From an uncultured Chloroflexia bacterium (GTDB taxonomy: Bacteria; Chloroflexota; Limnocylindria; QHBO01), in assembly GCA_963827475.1 (NCBI GenBank), contig CAWHAZ010000002.1, positions 1-64,000 on the forward strand: a stretch of DNA of 64,000 bases, given 5' to 3'. Made by a program: the position numbers and the translations under genes. Below, one piece after another: positions 20,631 to 30,493 of this stretch (its first letter is position 1; each line of letters starts with the position of its first letter). The notes under the pieces are model-generated. The model saw nothing but the letters and a program-made list of their open reading frames with translations, did not search any database and was not told the origin of the DNA.

Positions 20631-21043
20631 TCCACCAGGTCGTCAGGGCCGAACCACAGCGCAAGCTCCGCTTCGGCGGTGTCCGGCGCATCCGAGGCGT
20701 GGATGAGGTTCCGCAGGCCGCTCAGCCCCAGGTCGCCGCGAATGGTTCCGGGGTCGGCCTGGTTCGGCATCGTCTGGCCCACCAGCCGGCGGACGACGGC
20801 AACCGCGTCGGGACCGGCGACCGCGATGGCGGCCACCGGGCCGGAGGTGATGAACTCGACGAGCCCGGGGTAGAAATGCTTCCCGGCGTGGACGGCGTAG
20901 TGGCGCTCGGCCATGTCGCGGGGCACCCACAGCAGGCGCAGGCCGATGACCTTGAGGCCCTTCCGCTCGAGGCGGCCGAGGATCTCGCCGATGAGCCCCC
21001 GCTGCACGCCGTCGGGTTTGACCAGGACCAGGGTGCGCTCCAT
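20576..21043 (-). CDS. ndk: Nucleoside-diphosphate kinase
   Basis: ERTLVLVKPDGVQR, PGTIRGD, NLIHASD. Confidence 0.96.
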   Translation of the reverse strand: MERTLVLVKPDGVQRGLIGEILGRLERKGLKVIGLRLLWVPRDMAERHYAVHAGKHFYPGLVEFITSGPVAAIAVAGPDAVAVVRRLVGQTMPNQADPGTIRGDLGLSGLRNLIHASDAPDTAEAELALWFGPDDLVDYERAADTWIVAEEPPTG

Positions 21044-21066
21044 GGGCAACGGCTCCTCGGGCGGGA

Positions 21067-21769
21067 TCAGGTGCGGGCCGCGCGGTCGTAGGCGGCCCCC
21101 GCGTCACGCTCCCGGCCGGCCGCGCGGAGGAGGTCGCCGTACAGTACCAGACGCTCCGCGGCGGGCTGGCTGCCGAGGCTGGGCTCGAGCAGCACGATGC
21201 CGGCCGGGGCGATGCGCGGGTCGCGCCGGAGGGCCAGTGACAGCTCTCGGTCGCCGGTGACGAGGTCGCCGGTCCCGTAGGCCACGGCCGCCGCCGCCAG
21301 TCGGTCCTCGGCCGGGGAGGCGTCGGCGGTGCCGGCCGGCGCGCCGGACCACGAAGGACTCGGCCATTCGAGCCGGCTCGGCGCGCCCGCGACGGAGGCG
21401 CCACGCCTCGTCGGCGCCGACGGCGGTCACCACCCGCTCCAGGAGGCCCTCCGCCTGACGGGACTCCCCGATGGCCGCCAGCCCCTCCGCCTCGACCATC
21501 ATCGTGATCGGCCGCCGCCGCTCGATACCCCGGGGCCGGACGGCGGTCACCGCGTCGTAGGCGGCGGCCGAGCGTCCCGAACGCCACAGCGCTTCCGCCA
21601 GCAGGGCGCGCGCCGCGTCAAGCTCCTCCGGGTTGCGGCCGGTGGCCTCCAGGGTCGCGATCCGGCGACGGAGGGTGCCCTCCACCACGCCGTACTGGGC
21701 GGCGTCCAGCTGGGCGCGGGCCAGGGCCAGCTGGTCGGGAACGAGGTCGATGCCGGTCTCCGGGGTCAC
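21067..21769 (-). CDS. Hypothetical TPR-like helical protein (frameshifted)
   Basis: LLAEALWRSGR and YGDLLRAAGR..AAYDRA TPR-like segments; overlaps the peptidase stop. Confidence 0.55.
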
Positions 21770-23085
21770 GCGGCCAGCAGGGCCTCCACCTGGCGCCGGC
21801 TGCGGAACGGGCCGAGCAGGACGATGCGGGCCAGGTCGGGCCGCAGGTAGGTGCGGGCGGCTCGGAGCATGTCGTCGGCGCTGACCGCCTCCAGCCGCTC
21901 GACGACCTGGTCCACGGTGAGGATCCGCGGCAGCAGGCTCGCCCCGGTCCCCAGCCAGGCGGCCACCGCGCTCGACTCCTCGAGTCGGAGCTCGATGCGG
22001 CCCCGGGTGTATGCCTTGGCCCGGTCGACCTCGGCCTGGCTGATCGGCTCCTGGACCACGCGCTCGAGCTGCTCGAGGGCGGCCTGGATGACGGCCGTGG
22101 CCTGGGGCGGGTCGAAGCCGGCGTGGATCCCGACCGTGCCGCAGTCGGCATACGAGGTCGCGAACGTCCCAATGTCATAGGCCAGCGACCGTCGCTCCCG
22201 AAGCTCGATGAACAGCCGGCTGCTCATCCCATCGCCGAGGACCGCGGTCAGCAGGTCGAGCGCCCAGCGGTCGGGGTGGGTCCGGGCCACGCCCGGCATG
22301 CCGAGGCACAGGTTGCCCTGGCTCAACCGACGGAACCCGACCCGCACCGCGCCGGGGGCGGCGGCTGACGGCGCGGTGAGCCGGGGGCCACGCCCGGTCG
22401 CCGGACGCGGCCGGGCCGCGGGCGCGAACCACTTCCGCGCCGCCCGGCGCACCGCGGCGTGCTCGATCGAGCCGGCTACGGCGAGGACCATGTGCTCGGG
22501 GGTGTACCACCGCCGCCAGTGCCGCTCTACGCCGGCGTGCGTCGTCCGCCGCACGGTCCGCGGCGACCCGGCAATCTCCCGGCCCAGGGGATGGGACCCG
22601 AAGAGCAGCTCGTCGAACAGGGAGAAGACGTGGTCCGACGGCGAGTCGATGTAGGCGCGGATCTCGTCCACCACCACCGGCTTCTCGGCGACCAGGTCCG
22701 CGGGCCGGAGGAGCGGATGGAGCACCAGCTCGGCGACGACCTCGAACGCCCGATCCGCGCGGCTGCGCGGCACGCGGGCCGAGTACACGGTCAGCTCGCG
22801 GTCGGTGGAGGCGTTCACCGTGCCGCCGCAGGCTTCGATCGCCTCGGACAGGCCCCCCGCCTCCGGATACCCCGCCGTCCCCTTGAACGCGAGGTGCTCG
22901 ACCATGTGCGACATCCCTGCCTCGGCATCGGTTTCGTGCCGGGAGCCGACGCCGACGAACACCGCGACCGACACCGATCGGGCGTGGGGCATGGTCTGAC
23001 TCACCACGCGAAGGCCGTTGGGCAGGATGCTGCGCTCGTGAGCCGGAGCGCGCCGGCTAGCCGTCCTCGTCCTCGTCGGAGGCAT
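21766..23085 (-). CDS. M16 family zinc peptidase
   Basis: GSRHE, HMVEH (HxxEH), NASTDRE, GMSSRLFIELRE. Confidence 0.92.
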   Translation of the reverse strand: MPPTRTRTASRRAPAHERSILPNGLRVVSQTMPHARSVSVAVFVGVGSRHETDAEAGMSHMVEHLAFKGTAGYPEAGGLSEAIEACGGTVNASTDRELTVYSARVPRSRADRAFEVVAELVLHPLLRPADLVAEKPVVVDEIRAYIDSPSDHVFSLFDELLFGSHPLGREIAGSPRTVRRTTHAGVERHWRRWYTPEHMVLAVAGSIEHAAVRRAARKWFAPAARPRPATGRGPRLTAPSAAAPGAVRVGFRRLSQGNLCLGMPGVARTHPDRWALDLLTAVLGDGMSSRLFIELRERRSLAYDIGTFATSYADCGTVGIHAGFDPPQATAVIQAALEQLERVVQEPISQAEVDRAKAYTRGRIELRLEESSAVAAWLGTGASLLPRILTVDQVVERLEAVSADDMLRAARTYLRPDLARIVLLGPFRSRRQVEALLAA

Positions 23086-23527
23086 CAGGCGAGTGCAGCA
23101 GCTCCATCTGGATGAAGTCCGGGTCGAGCGCGATCTCGTCGGCGCTGGCTGGCAGACGGGTTGGTGCCTCGTCCTCCAGGCCGATCTCGGTGGCCGCCTG
23201 GGCGAACTCGATGACCACCTTCTCCGAGCCGATGACGAGGGTGTAGGTCAACAGCTGGTCGGAGGTCGTGTCGAACTGGAGGTAGTCGAACGAATCGAGG
23301 TTGAGGCAGATCGACAGCGGGGTGAAGTAGGAGGCGATCTCGGGGTGGTCCACCACCAGGCGCTCGACCCACCCGGTGCCGCCGCTGGCCACCTTGTTTT
23401 CGCGGAAGTACGCGTACGTCACGGTCTGCTTCAGGAGCGGACGAAGGATGTTGTAGATGTCGCTCTTGTCGGTGACCAGACCGGTGTTGATGTAGAGCTT
23501 GGCGCGCGGTTCGGGCGTGGGCTCCAT
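23057..23527 (-). CDS. Hypothetical protein
   Basis: MEPTPEPRAKLYINTG..., strong codon bias, GGAG RBS, TGnTAGACT upstream. Confidence 0.75.
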   Translation of the reverse strand: MEPTPEPRAKLYINTGLVTDKSDIYNILRPLLKQTVTYAYFRENKVASGGTGWVERLVVDHPEIASYFTPLSICLNLDSFDYLQFDTTSDQLLTYTLVIGSEKVVIEFAQAATEIGLEDEAPTRLPASADEIALDPDFIQMELLHSPDASDEDEDG

Positions 23528-23602
23528 CGGTGACTCCTGCGGGATCGCGCGGAGTCTAGCACCGCCGGAATCGGTCAAGACGGCTGTTACGATGTCTCGC
23601 TG

Positions 23603-24415
23603 ATGCGACTCCTGGCGGCCGATATCGGCAACTCGAACACCGGGCTCGGGCTGTTCGAGGACGACATCATGGTGGGCTCGTGGTCGGCGGAGACCGATGC
23701 CCGTGCGACCGATGACGAGCTGGCGGCCACGGTCGCCGGTCTGCTCGCCCTCGACGGGCACCGATTCGAGGACGTGGAGGCCGCCGCAGTGGCCAGCGTC
23801 GTGCCCCCACTCGTCGCGCGCTGGACCCGGATGCTTGCCCGGCGAGCCCGGCTCCGGCCGGTCGTGGTCGATGCGGCCGCGCTGGACGGGATCCTCGCCA
23901 TCGAGATCGACCGCCCCGCCGAGGCGGGGGCCGACCGCCTGGTCAACGCCCTCGCCGCCCGCGAGGAGTTCGGCGGGCCGGCGATCGTGATCGACCTCGG
24001 CACGAGCACGAACTTCGACGTCCTCAGCGCGGACGACGCGTACATCGGCGGCGCGATCGCGCCCGGTCTTGGCATCTCGATCGACGCGCTGGTCGGCCGA
24101 ACCTCGAAGCTGCCGCGCATCGAGCTCGTGCGCCCGACCGACGCCATCGGGACGAATACGATCGCCGCCATGCAGAGCGGCACGGTGAACGGCTACATCG
24201 GCCTGCTGAGCGGGCTCCTGGCCGCCATCCGCGGGGAGCTGGTGGAGCGCTCGCCGGACCGAGCGCGGGTCACGGTCATCGCCACCGGCGGGTTCGCGCT
24301 TCAGCCGTGGCTGGCGGACGTGCCCGGCATCGACCGGGTGGAGCCGGAGCTGACCCTGCGCGGGGTCCGCTACGCGTACCAGCTGATCAACGCACGGTCG
24401 GAGGCGCGGACGTGA
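23603..24415 (+). CDS. coaX: Type III pantothenate kinase
   Basis: DIGNSN, ASVVP, GADR, DLGTST, GGAIAPG, ATGG. Confidence 0.95.
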   Translation: MRLLAADIGNSNTGLGLFEDDIMVGSWSAETDARATDDELAATVAGLLALDGHRFEDVEAAAVASVVPPLVARWTRMLARRARLRPVVVDAAALDGILAIEIDRPAEAGADRLVNALAAREEFGGPAIVIDLGTSTNFDVLSADDAYIGGAIAPGLGISIDALVGRTSKLPRIELVRPTDAIGTNTIAAMQSGTVNGYIGLLSGLLAAIRGELVERSPDRARVTVIATGGFALQPWLADVPGIDRVEPELTLRGVRYAYQLINARSEART

Positions 24416-25710
24416 CCGAGGGCACCGACGGGACGCTGGTCGGCCGCCGGGTGGTGGTCGGGGTCAGCGGCAGCATCGCGGCCTACAAGGCGGTCAGCCT
24501 CGTTCGCCAGCTGATGAGCGCCGGGGCCATCGTCGACGTGGCCATGACCCCGGCGGCGACCGCGTTCGTGGCGCCGCTGACCTTCGCGTCCCTCACCCAC
24601 CGTCCGGTGGTGACCGACGTCATGGCCCTCGACCAGGACCAGCACATCGCCCACATCGAGCTGGCGGAAGCGGCGGACGCGATCGTGCTGGCCCCGGCGA
24701 CCGCCAATCTGATCGGGGAGCTGGCCGCGGGGCTGGTCGACGACGCGGTGACCGCCATCGTGGCCGCCAGCCGCGCCCGGGTGGTCGTCGCCCCCGCCAT
24801 GGATGCGGGGATGTGGACCCATCCGGCGACCCAGCGCAACGTCGAGACCCTGCGCGGCTTCGGCTACCTGATCGTGGACCCCGAGGTCGGAGCCCTGGCC
24901 TCCGGCCTGACCGGCATCGGTCGCCTGGCGGAGCCGGAAACGGTGCTCGCCGCCGTGGAGCGGTTGTTCGCGCGGGCCGGCGACCTCGACGGGCTGCGGG
25001 TCGCGATCAGCGCCGGCGGCACGCGCGAGCCGATCGACCCGGTCCGGTTCATCGGCAACCGCTCCAGCGGGAAGATGGGTGTGGCCCTCGCCGAGGCCGC
25101 TCGTGACCGCGGCGCAGCGGTCACCCTTGTCGCCGGAGCCATGTCGGTCACCACCCCGCGGGGCGTCAACGTGGTCGACGCCACGACCGCGTCCGACATG
25201 CGCGACGCCGTCCTCCGGATCGCCCCCGCGGCGGACATCCTGGTCATGGCCGCGGCGGTCGCGGACTACGCCCCGGCCAAGGCCAGCGGACGGAAGATCA
25301 AGCGCGGCTCCGAGAGCCTCCGCCTGGAGCTCGTCCCGAACCCGGACATCATCGCGGAGGTCGGCGAGATGCCCGATGCCATCCGGCCGTTCCTCATCGG
25401 CTTCGCCGCCGAGAGCGACGACCTTGAGGCCAACGCCACCGGCAAGCTCCGTGACAAGGGTCTGGACCTCATCGTCGCAAACCGCGTGGGTGGGCCGTTC
25501 GACGCCATCGGCTCGGAGGAGAACAAGGTCGAGGTGTTCGGAAGGGAGGGTGCCCTGACCGATTGGCCGATGCTCCCCAAGCGGCAGGTCGCGGAGCGGC
25601 TGTGGGACCTCATCGCCGACCGCTATCGCGCCGGGCGCGGTCCCGCCACGCCGACCCGGACTCCACGCGCCCGGACCGCTCGTCGCAGCAGCAGGCAGCA
25701 GGACCGCTGA
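24412..25710 (+). CDS. coaBC: Phosphopantothenoylcysteine decarboxylase/ligase
   Basis: GSIAAYK, HIELA, PAM, EPIDPVRFIGNRSSGKMG, GFAAES. Confidence 0.95.
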   Translation: MTEGTDGTLVGRRVVVGVSGSIAAYKAVSLVRQLMSAGAIVDVAMTPAATAFVAPLTFASLTHRPVVTDVMALDQDQHIAHIELAEAADAIVLAPATANLIGELAAGLVDDAVTAIVAASRARVVVAPAMDAGMWTHPATQRNVETLRGFGYLIVDPEVGALASGLTGIGRLAEPETVLAAVERLFARAGDLDGLRVAISAGGTREPIDPVRFIGNRSSGKMGVALAEAARDRGAAVTLVAGAMSVTTPRGVNVVDATTASDMRDAVLRIAPAADILVMAAAVADYAPAKASGRKIKRGSESLRLELVPNPDIIAEVGEMPDAIRPFLIGFAAESDDLEANATGKLRDKGLDLIVANRVGGPFDAIGSEENKVEVFGREGALTDWPMLPKRQVAERLWDLIADRYRAGRGPATPTRTPRARTARRSSRQQDR

Positions 25711-25712
25711 CC

Positions 25713-26525
25713 GTGGAGGTCGTCCGCGGCGTCGATCAGCTGCGGGACGCGATCCTCGAACTGCGTCGAGCCGGGCACTCCATCGGCTTCGTGCCGACGA
25801 CGGGCCTGGTCCACCCCGGACAGCTGTCCCTCGTCCGGCGCGCCCGACAGACCGATGGCGGGGTGGTGGTCAGCAACCAGGTCGATCCCGCGGGGGCGGC
25901 GACGGAGGAGGAGCGGCTCCTGGCCTTGCTGGAACGGGAGGGCGTGGATGTCGCCTTCCTGCCGGGCCACGGGACGGTGGACCCGCCGCATGTCACCCGG
26001 ATCACGGTCGACGGGCTCACCGGCCGGCTCGAAGGCGCGTCGCGGCCGGGGTACCTCGACGAGGTGGCGACGACGACCATGAAGCTCCTCCACCTGGTCG
26101 GGCCGGCGCGCCTGTACCTCGGCCAGAAGGACGGCCAGCGGGTCGTCGTCATCCGGCGGATGCTCGCCGACCTGTTCGTCAACGTGGAGCTGGTCGTGTG
26201 CCCGGTCATGCGCGACCCGGACGGCCTCGCGGTCTCGGCCGCGAACATGGGCCTGTCCATCGAGGAGCGTCACGCGGCCACCTGCCTGTTCGTGGCCATC
26301 TCCTCCGCGGAGGCGGCCTACGACGGCGGGGAGCGGTCGGCCGAGGTCGTGCGGGCGCGGATGTCGGAGCGGATCAGCGCGGAGCCGCTGGCCCGCGTGG
26401 ACTACCTCAGCGTGGCCGACGGGGAGTCACTGGCCGAGCTGTCACGACTCGAGGGGCCGGCGCTGGCCATGGCCGCGGTCTGGATCGGTCGCGTGAGGCT
26501 CACCGACAGCGTCCTGCTGGGCTGA
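25713..26525 (+). CDS. panC: Pantoate--beta-alanine ligase homologue with degenerate active site
   Basis: GFVPTTG, LEGASRPG, GQKD, RDPDGLA, YLSVAD; key motifs altered. Confidence 0.8.
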   Translation: MEVVRGVDQLRDAILELRRAGHSIGFVPTTGLVHPGQLSLVRRARQTDGGVVVSNQVDPAGAATEEERLLALLEREGVDVAFLPGHGTVDPPHVTRITVDGLTGRLEGASRPGYLDEVATTTMKLLHLVGPARLYLGQKDGQRVVVIRRMLADLFVNVELVVCPVMRDPDGLAVSAANMGLSIEERHAATCLFVAISSAEAAYDGGERSAEVVRARMSERISAEPLARVDYLSVADGESLAELSRLEGPALAMAAVWIGRVRLTDSVLLG

Positions 26526-26568
26526 AAGTACTACTGACCGTCGTCTGCGGATGGGTAGGATGGGTTGG

Positions 26569-26603
26569 GGAGGCCGGCGAGTGCCCACGTCCGGCCTCCT
26601 TTT
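26569..26603 (+). terminator. Intrinsic terminator after panC
   Basis: GGAGGCCGG...CCGGCCTCC-TTTT. Confidence 0.7.
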
Positions 26604-26633
26604 CGCTGCCTGATTCCCCCGGTCCCGACCGGC

Positions 26634-27233
26634 TCAGCGACTCGTGCCGCTCGTTCCCTCGGCCGCCGCGGCGGCGCGGAGCTGCGCCTTGTAGGCACGC
26701 TTCTTCGCCTGGTACGCCTCGAGCGCCTCGGTGCTGTCGACGTCACCGAGCGTCGGCCAGGTCGGCAGGCGCTCCTCGAGACCGGGGAGCCGGACTCCGA
26801 ACCGCCTGTACAGGATGGCGAGCAGGCCGGAGACCTTCATCTGCCCGATCGACGGCAGGGCCAGCAGCCGCTTCTCGAGATCGGCCCCGTCCCGGGCTTC
26901 GGTCCAGATCCGGCTCGCGTCGCCGTCGTATCGGTCGACCACGACCTGGCACAGCGCCTGCACCCGCGTGGCCATGGACGCCGGATACCGATGCAGGGCG
27001 GGCCGGTCGCGGAAGACGCGCTCCAGCTCCCCAGGGTCCATGGCCGCGATCCGGGCGGGCTCGAGATGGCCGATGCGCCGCCGCAGCTCCCACGGACCGC
27101 TGAACGCGTGCTGCACGGTGACCTGCTGGTCCAGCGCGTACCCGATGAGCAGGGCCAGCGGATCCTCCCCGAGCAGCCGGTTCGCGTCGGGGTTGTCGGT
27201 GAAGGGCAGGACAACGGCGGTGGTCGTGGCCAT
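26634..27233 (-). CDS. HhH-GPD-type base-excision repair protein (actinobacterial-like family)
   Basis: DPLALLIGYALDQQV, PALHRYPASMA, YDGDA, LPSIG, GDVDS. Confidence 0.85.
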   Translation of the reverse strand: MATTTAVVLPFTDNPDANRLLGEDPLALLIGYALDQQVTVQHAFSGPWELRRRIGHLEPARIAAMDPGELERVFRDRPALHRYPASMATRVQALCQVVVDRYDGDASRIWTEARDGADLEKRLLALPSIGQMKVSGLLAILYRRFGVRLPGLEERLPTWPTLGDVDSTEALEAYQAKKRAYKAQLRAAAAAEGTSGTSR

Positions 27234-27236
27234 CGG

Positions 27237-27863
27237 TCAGTCCTCGGTCGTGGTCGGGGCGACCGGGGTGCCGGCGCGGCGCTCGATCCGCTCGACGGCC
27301 TCGCGCAGGCGGGACACCAACTCGGCGTCGACCATGTCCGGCTCGAGGTGCTCCCCGAGCTGCTCCATCAGGTCGCCCGCGATGTGGAGCAGGATGTCGG
27401 CGTCCGCGATGAAGAACTGGGGCTCGTTGTTGTAGCGGACCAGGGTCAGGCGGCCCTGGAGCGTCGAGCCGGTGTCGCCGTGGAGCACCTGGGTCCCGAA
27501 GTTGTGGCCCTGGATGCCGTCGGGGTTGTTCAGGAAGTTCAGGGCGTTGTCGATGGCCAGCCCGAAGCGGGCGCGCCAGCCGACGATCCGCTCCCCGATC
27601 TCCGGCGCCAGGCCGATCTGGCCGACCTCCTCGAACACCTCGCGGGTGACGGTCAGCAGACCGATGAGGGTCGACCCCGCCCGGTTGCCGAGCATGACCT
27701 GCAGCGACCGTTCCAGGGTGAAGACATCCGCGTCGAAGCGGGGGCTGGTGGTCACGTCGGCCAGCAGGTCCTCGACGTTGTCGAGCTGGCCCGGCTCGCC
27801 CAGGGCGTTGCCGAGGGTCAGGATCTCCTCGCGGAAGAGGAACCGCTCCTCGTGGTCGAGCAT
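27237..27863 (-). CDS. Hypothetical protein (possible COMMD-like architecture)
   Basis: MLDHEERFLF..., strong codon bias, 5 bp after gdh stop. Confidence 0.75.
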   Translation of the reverse strand: MLDHEERFLFREEILTLGNALGEPGQLDNVEDLLADVTTSPRFDADVFTLERSLQVMLGNRAGSTLIGLLTVTREVFEEVGQIGLAPEIGERIVGWRARFGLAIDNALNFLNNPDGIQGHNFGTQVLHGDTGSTLQGRLTLVRYNNEPQFFIADADILLHIAGDLMEQLGEHLEPDMVDAELVSRLREAVERIERRAGTPVAPTTTED

Positions 27864-27868
27864 GGGCC

Positions 27869-29137
27869 CTACGGGTAGAGGCCCCGCAACGTGGTGGCCT
27901 CCGCGACCCGCGACACGGCGAGCATGTAGGCCGCGGTCCGCATGTGGACCTCGTGCAGCTCGCTCATCTGGTACACGGCCTCGAAGGCGCGATCCATGAT
28001 CTCCTTCAGGCTCTCGTTGATCCGCGACTCGGTCCAGAAGAACGACTGCATGTCCTGGACCCACTCGAAGTAGCTCACCGTGACCCCGCCCGCGTTGCAC
28101 AGGATGTCGGGGATCAGGAAGATGCCGCGGTCGTACAGGACGTCATCGGCGTCCGGGGTGGTGGGTCCGTTGGCCGCCTCGGCCACGACCTTGGCCTGGA
28201 TCTTCTCCGCGACCCGGGCGCTGATCTGGTTCTCGAGGGCGGCCGGGATGAGGATGTCGCAGGGGAGGGTCAACAGCTCCTCGTTGCTCACGTCATCCGC
28301 GCCGGGGAACCCAACCACCGTCCCGTGCTCCGCCTTCCACGAGTTCAGGGTGGACGGGTCGAGGCCCTGCGGGTTGTAGATGCCACCGGTGGAGTCGCTG
28401 ACCGCGACCACCGTGGCGCCTTCCGCGCAGACCAGCTGGCAGGCGATCGACCCGGCGTTGCCGAAGCCCTGGATGACGACCTTCGCGCCCTCCAGCGGCA
28501 GGTTCAGCACCTTCGACGCCTGGAGCAGGGTGAAGACCGTGCCCCGCGCGGTGGCTTCGTTCCGGCCCAGCGAGCCACCGACCGCGATCGGCTTGCCGGT
28601 GACCACGCCCGAGATGGTGTAGCCGTTGTGCATGGAGTAGGTGTCCATGATCCAGGCCATGGTCTGGGCGTTGGTGTTCACGTCCGGCGCGGGGATGTCG
28701 CGGTCCGGACCGATGAGCGGGCTGATCTCGGTCGCGAACCGCCGGGTCAGGCCCTCGAGCTCGCGGATGGTCAGCTGCTTGGGATCGACGATGACCCCGC
28801 CCTTGCCGCCGCCGTACGGGATGTTCACCACCGAGCACTTCCACGTCATCCACATCGCCAGCGCCCGGACCTCGTCCAGGGTCACGTCCTGGTGGTAGCG
28901 GATACCGCCCTTGGCCGGTCCGCGCGAGAGGTTGTGCTGGACCCGGTAGCCGGTGAAGACCTCCACGTGCCCGTCGTCCATCGTCACCGGGAAGTGGACC
29001 GTCAGCTCGCGCTTGGGGACCCGGAGCACGCGGCGCAGCCCCTGATCGAGGTCGAGCTTTTCGGCCGCCTGGTCGAACTGCTGCTGGGCGACGGCCCAGA
29101 TGTTCGGGGCTTCGGCGACGGTCTGCTGGTCGGTCAT
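27869..29137 (-). CDS. Glutamate dehydrogenase (Glu/Leu/Phe/Val family), catalytic type
   Basis: GPAKGGIR, MTWK, GGGKGG, DIPAPD, GFGNAG, EAANGP. Confidence 0.93.
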   Translation of the reverse strand: MTDQQTVAEAPNIWAVAQQQFDQAAEKLDLDQGLRRVLRVPKRELTVHFPVTMDDGHVEVFTGYRVQHNLSRGPAKGGIRYHQDVTLDEVRALAMWMTWKCSVVNIPYGGGKGGVIVDPKQLTIRELEGLTRRFATEISPLIGPDRDIPAPDVNTNAQTMAWIMDTYSMHNGYTISGVVTGKPIAVGGSLGRNEATARGTVFTLLQASKVLNLPLEGAKVVIQGFGNAGSIACQLVCAEGATVVAVSDSTGGIYNPQGLDPSTLNSWKAEHGTVVGFPGADDVSNEELLTLPCDILIPAALENQISARVAEKIQAKVVAEAANGPTTPDADDVLYDRGIFLIPDILCNAGGVTVSYFEWVQDMQSFFWTESRINESLKEIMDRAFEAVYQMSELHEVHMRTAAYMLAVSRVAEATTLRGLYP

Positions 29138-29242
29138 GTGAGGCGGATGCTCTCCTTGGCGGTACGGGACACCGGGCATGACGGGCAGATGCGGGCCCGG
29201 CAGGGCGACCGGCGAAAAGGCGCGCCGATTATACGAGTGCGC

Positions 29243-30427
29243 CTAAACCAACTCCAGAGCGAGGGCCACCGCTCCCCCACCGCCGAGGCACAGGGTCGCG
29301 AGCCCGCGCTTGCCGCCCCGATGACGGAGGGCGTACAGGAGGGTCGTCAGGACCCGGGCCCCCGACGCCCCGATGGGATGGCCCAGCGCCACCGCCCCGC
29401 CATTGACGTTGACCTTGTCCCAGTCGAACCCGAGGGCGTTGCCGTCGGCCAGGACCTGGGCGGCAAACGCCTCGTTGATCTCGATCAGGTCGAAGTCGGC
29501 CAGAGGAATGCCGACCCTGTCGACCAGTCGCTGCACGCCCTCGATCGGCGCTTCGAACAGCCACTCGGGGGCGACGTCCGCCTGCGCGTAGCCGGTGATC
29601 CGGGCCATGGGCGTGAGGCCATCGGCCTTCACGACCTCGGACGAGGCGAGGACCAGGGCCGCGGCGCCATCGGTGATGCCGGGGGAGTTGCCGGCCGTGA
29701 CGGTGCCGTCGCCATCGGTCTGGAAGGCAGGCTTCAGCTTGGCCAGGGCCTCGGCTGACGTGTCGGCCCGGGGACCCTCATCGGTGTCGACCACGGTCGG
29801 GCCCTTCTTGCCGGGGACCTCGACCGGGACGATCTCGTCGGCGAAGGCGCCCGAAGCCTGGGCGGCCAGCGCCCGCTCGTGGGAGCGGAGGGCGAACGCG
29901 TCCTGCGCCTCGCGGCTGACGTTGTGCTTGGCCGCCACCCGCTCGGCGTGGATGCCCATGTGCACGTCGCAGGCGGAGCACCACAGGCCGTCGTACACGG
30001 TGGCATCCACCAGCTCCTGGTTGCCGAGCCGATAGCCGGCGCGCGCCCCGGGGAGCAGGTACGGCCCGAGGTTCATGTTCTCCATCCCGCCGGCCACGAT
30101 CACGTTCGCGTCGCCGGCCCGGATGGACGCCGCGCCGAGCATCACCGCCTTCAGGCCGGAGCCGCAGACCTTGTTGATCGTCGTGGCGCTGACGCCGTCC
30201 GGCAGCCCGGCCTTGCGAGCCGCCTGGCGCGCCGGCGCCTGGCCGGCGCCGGCCTGGATGACCTGGCCCATGAGGACCTCGTCGATCCGGCTCGGGTCGA
30301 CGCCCGACCGCTCGACCGCGGCGCGGATCGCGACCGCCCCCAGGTCCGTGGCCGGCACCGTGGACAGCCCACCGCCGAACTTGCCGATCGGCGTTCGGGC
30401 GGCGGACAGGATGAAGACGTCGGTCAC
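29243..30427 (-). CDS. Acetyl-CoA acetyltransferase (thiolase)
   Basis: NKVCGSG, NEAFA, GHPIGASG, CLGGG. Confidence 0.95.
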   Translation of the reverse strand: MTDVFILSAARTPIGKFGGGLSTVPATDLGAVAIRAAVERSGVDPSRIDEVLMGQVIQAGAGQAPARQAARKAGLPDGVSATTINKVCGSGLKAVMLGAASIRAGDANVIVAGGMENMNLGPYLLPGARAGYRLGNQELVDATVYDGLWCSACDVHMGIHAERVAAKHNVSREAQDAFALRSHERALAAQASGAFADEIVPVEVPGKKGPTVVDTDEGPRADTSAEALAKLKPAFQTDGDGTVTAGNSPGITDGAAALVLASSEVVKADGLTPMARITGYAQADVAPEWLFEAPIEGVQRLVDRVGIPLADFDLIEINEAFAAQVLADGNALGFDWDKVNVNGGAVALGHPIGASGARVLTTLLYALRHRGGKRGLATLCLGGGGAVALALELV

Positions 30428-30493
30428 GGCAACATGGTACCGAAGCGGCCGGCCGTCACCGGCCGGCCGCCAGGCCGCGTGTCGCGTCGACCG

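Noticed and set aside
26550-26572. G-quadruplex or small RNA after panC (GGGTAGGATGGGTTGGGG)
   Set aside because: One tract has only two G and the last overlaps the terminator stem; insufficient support.
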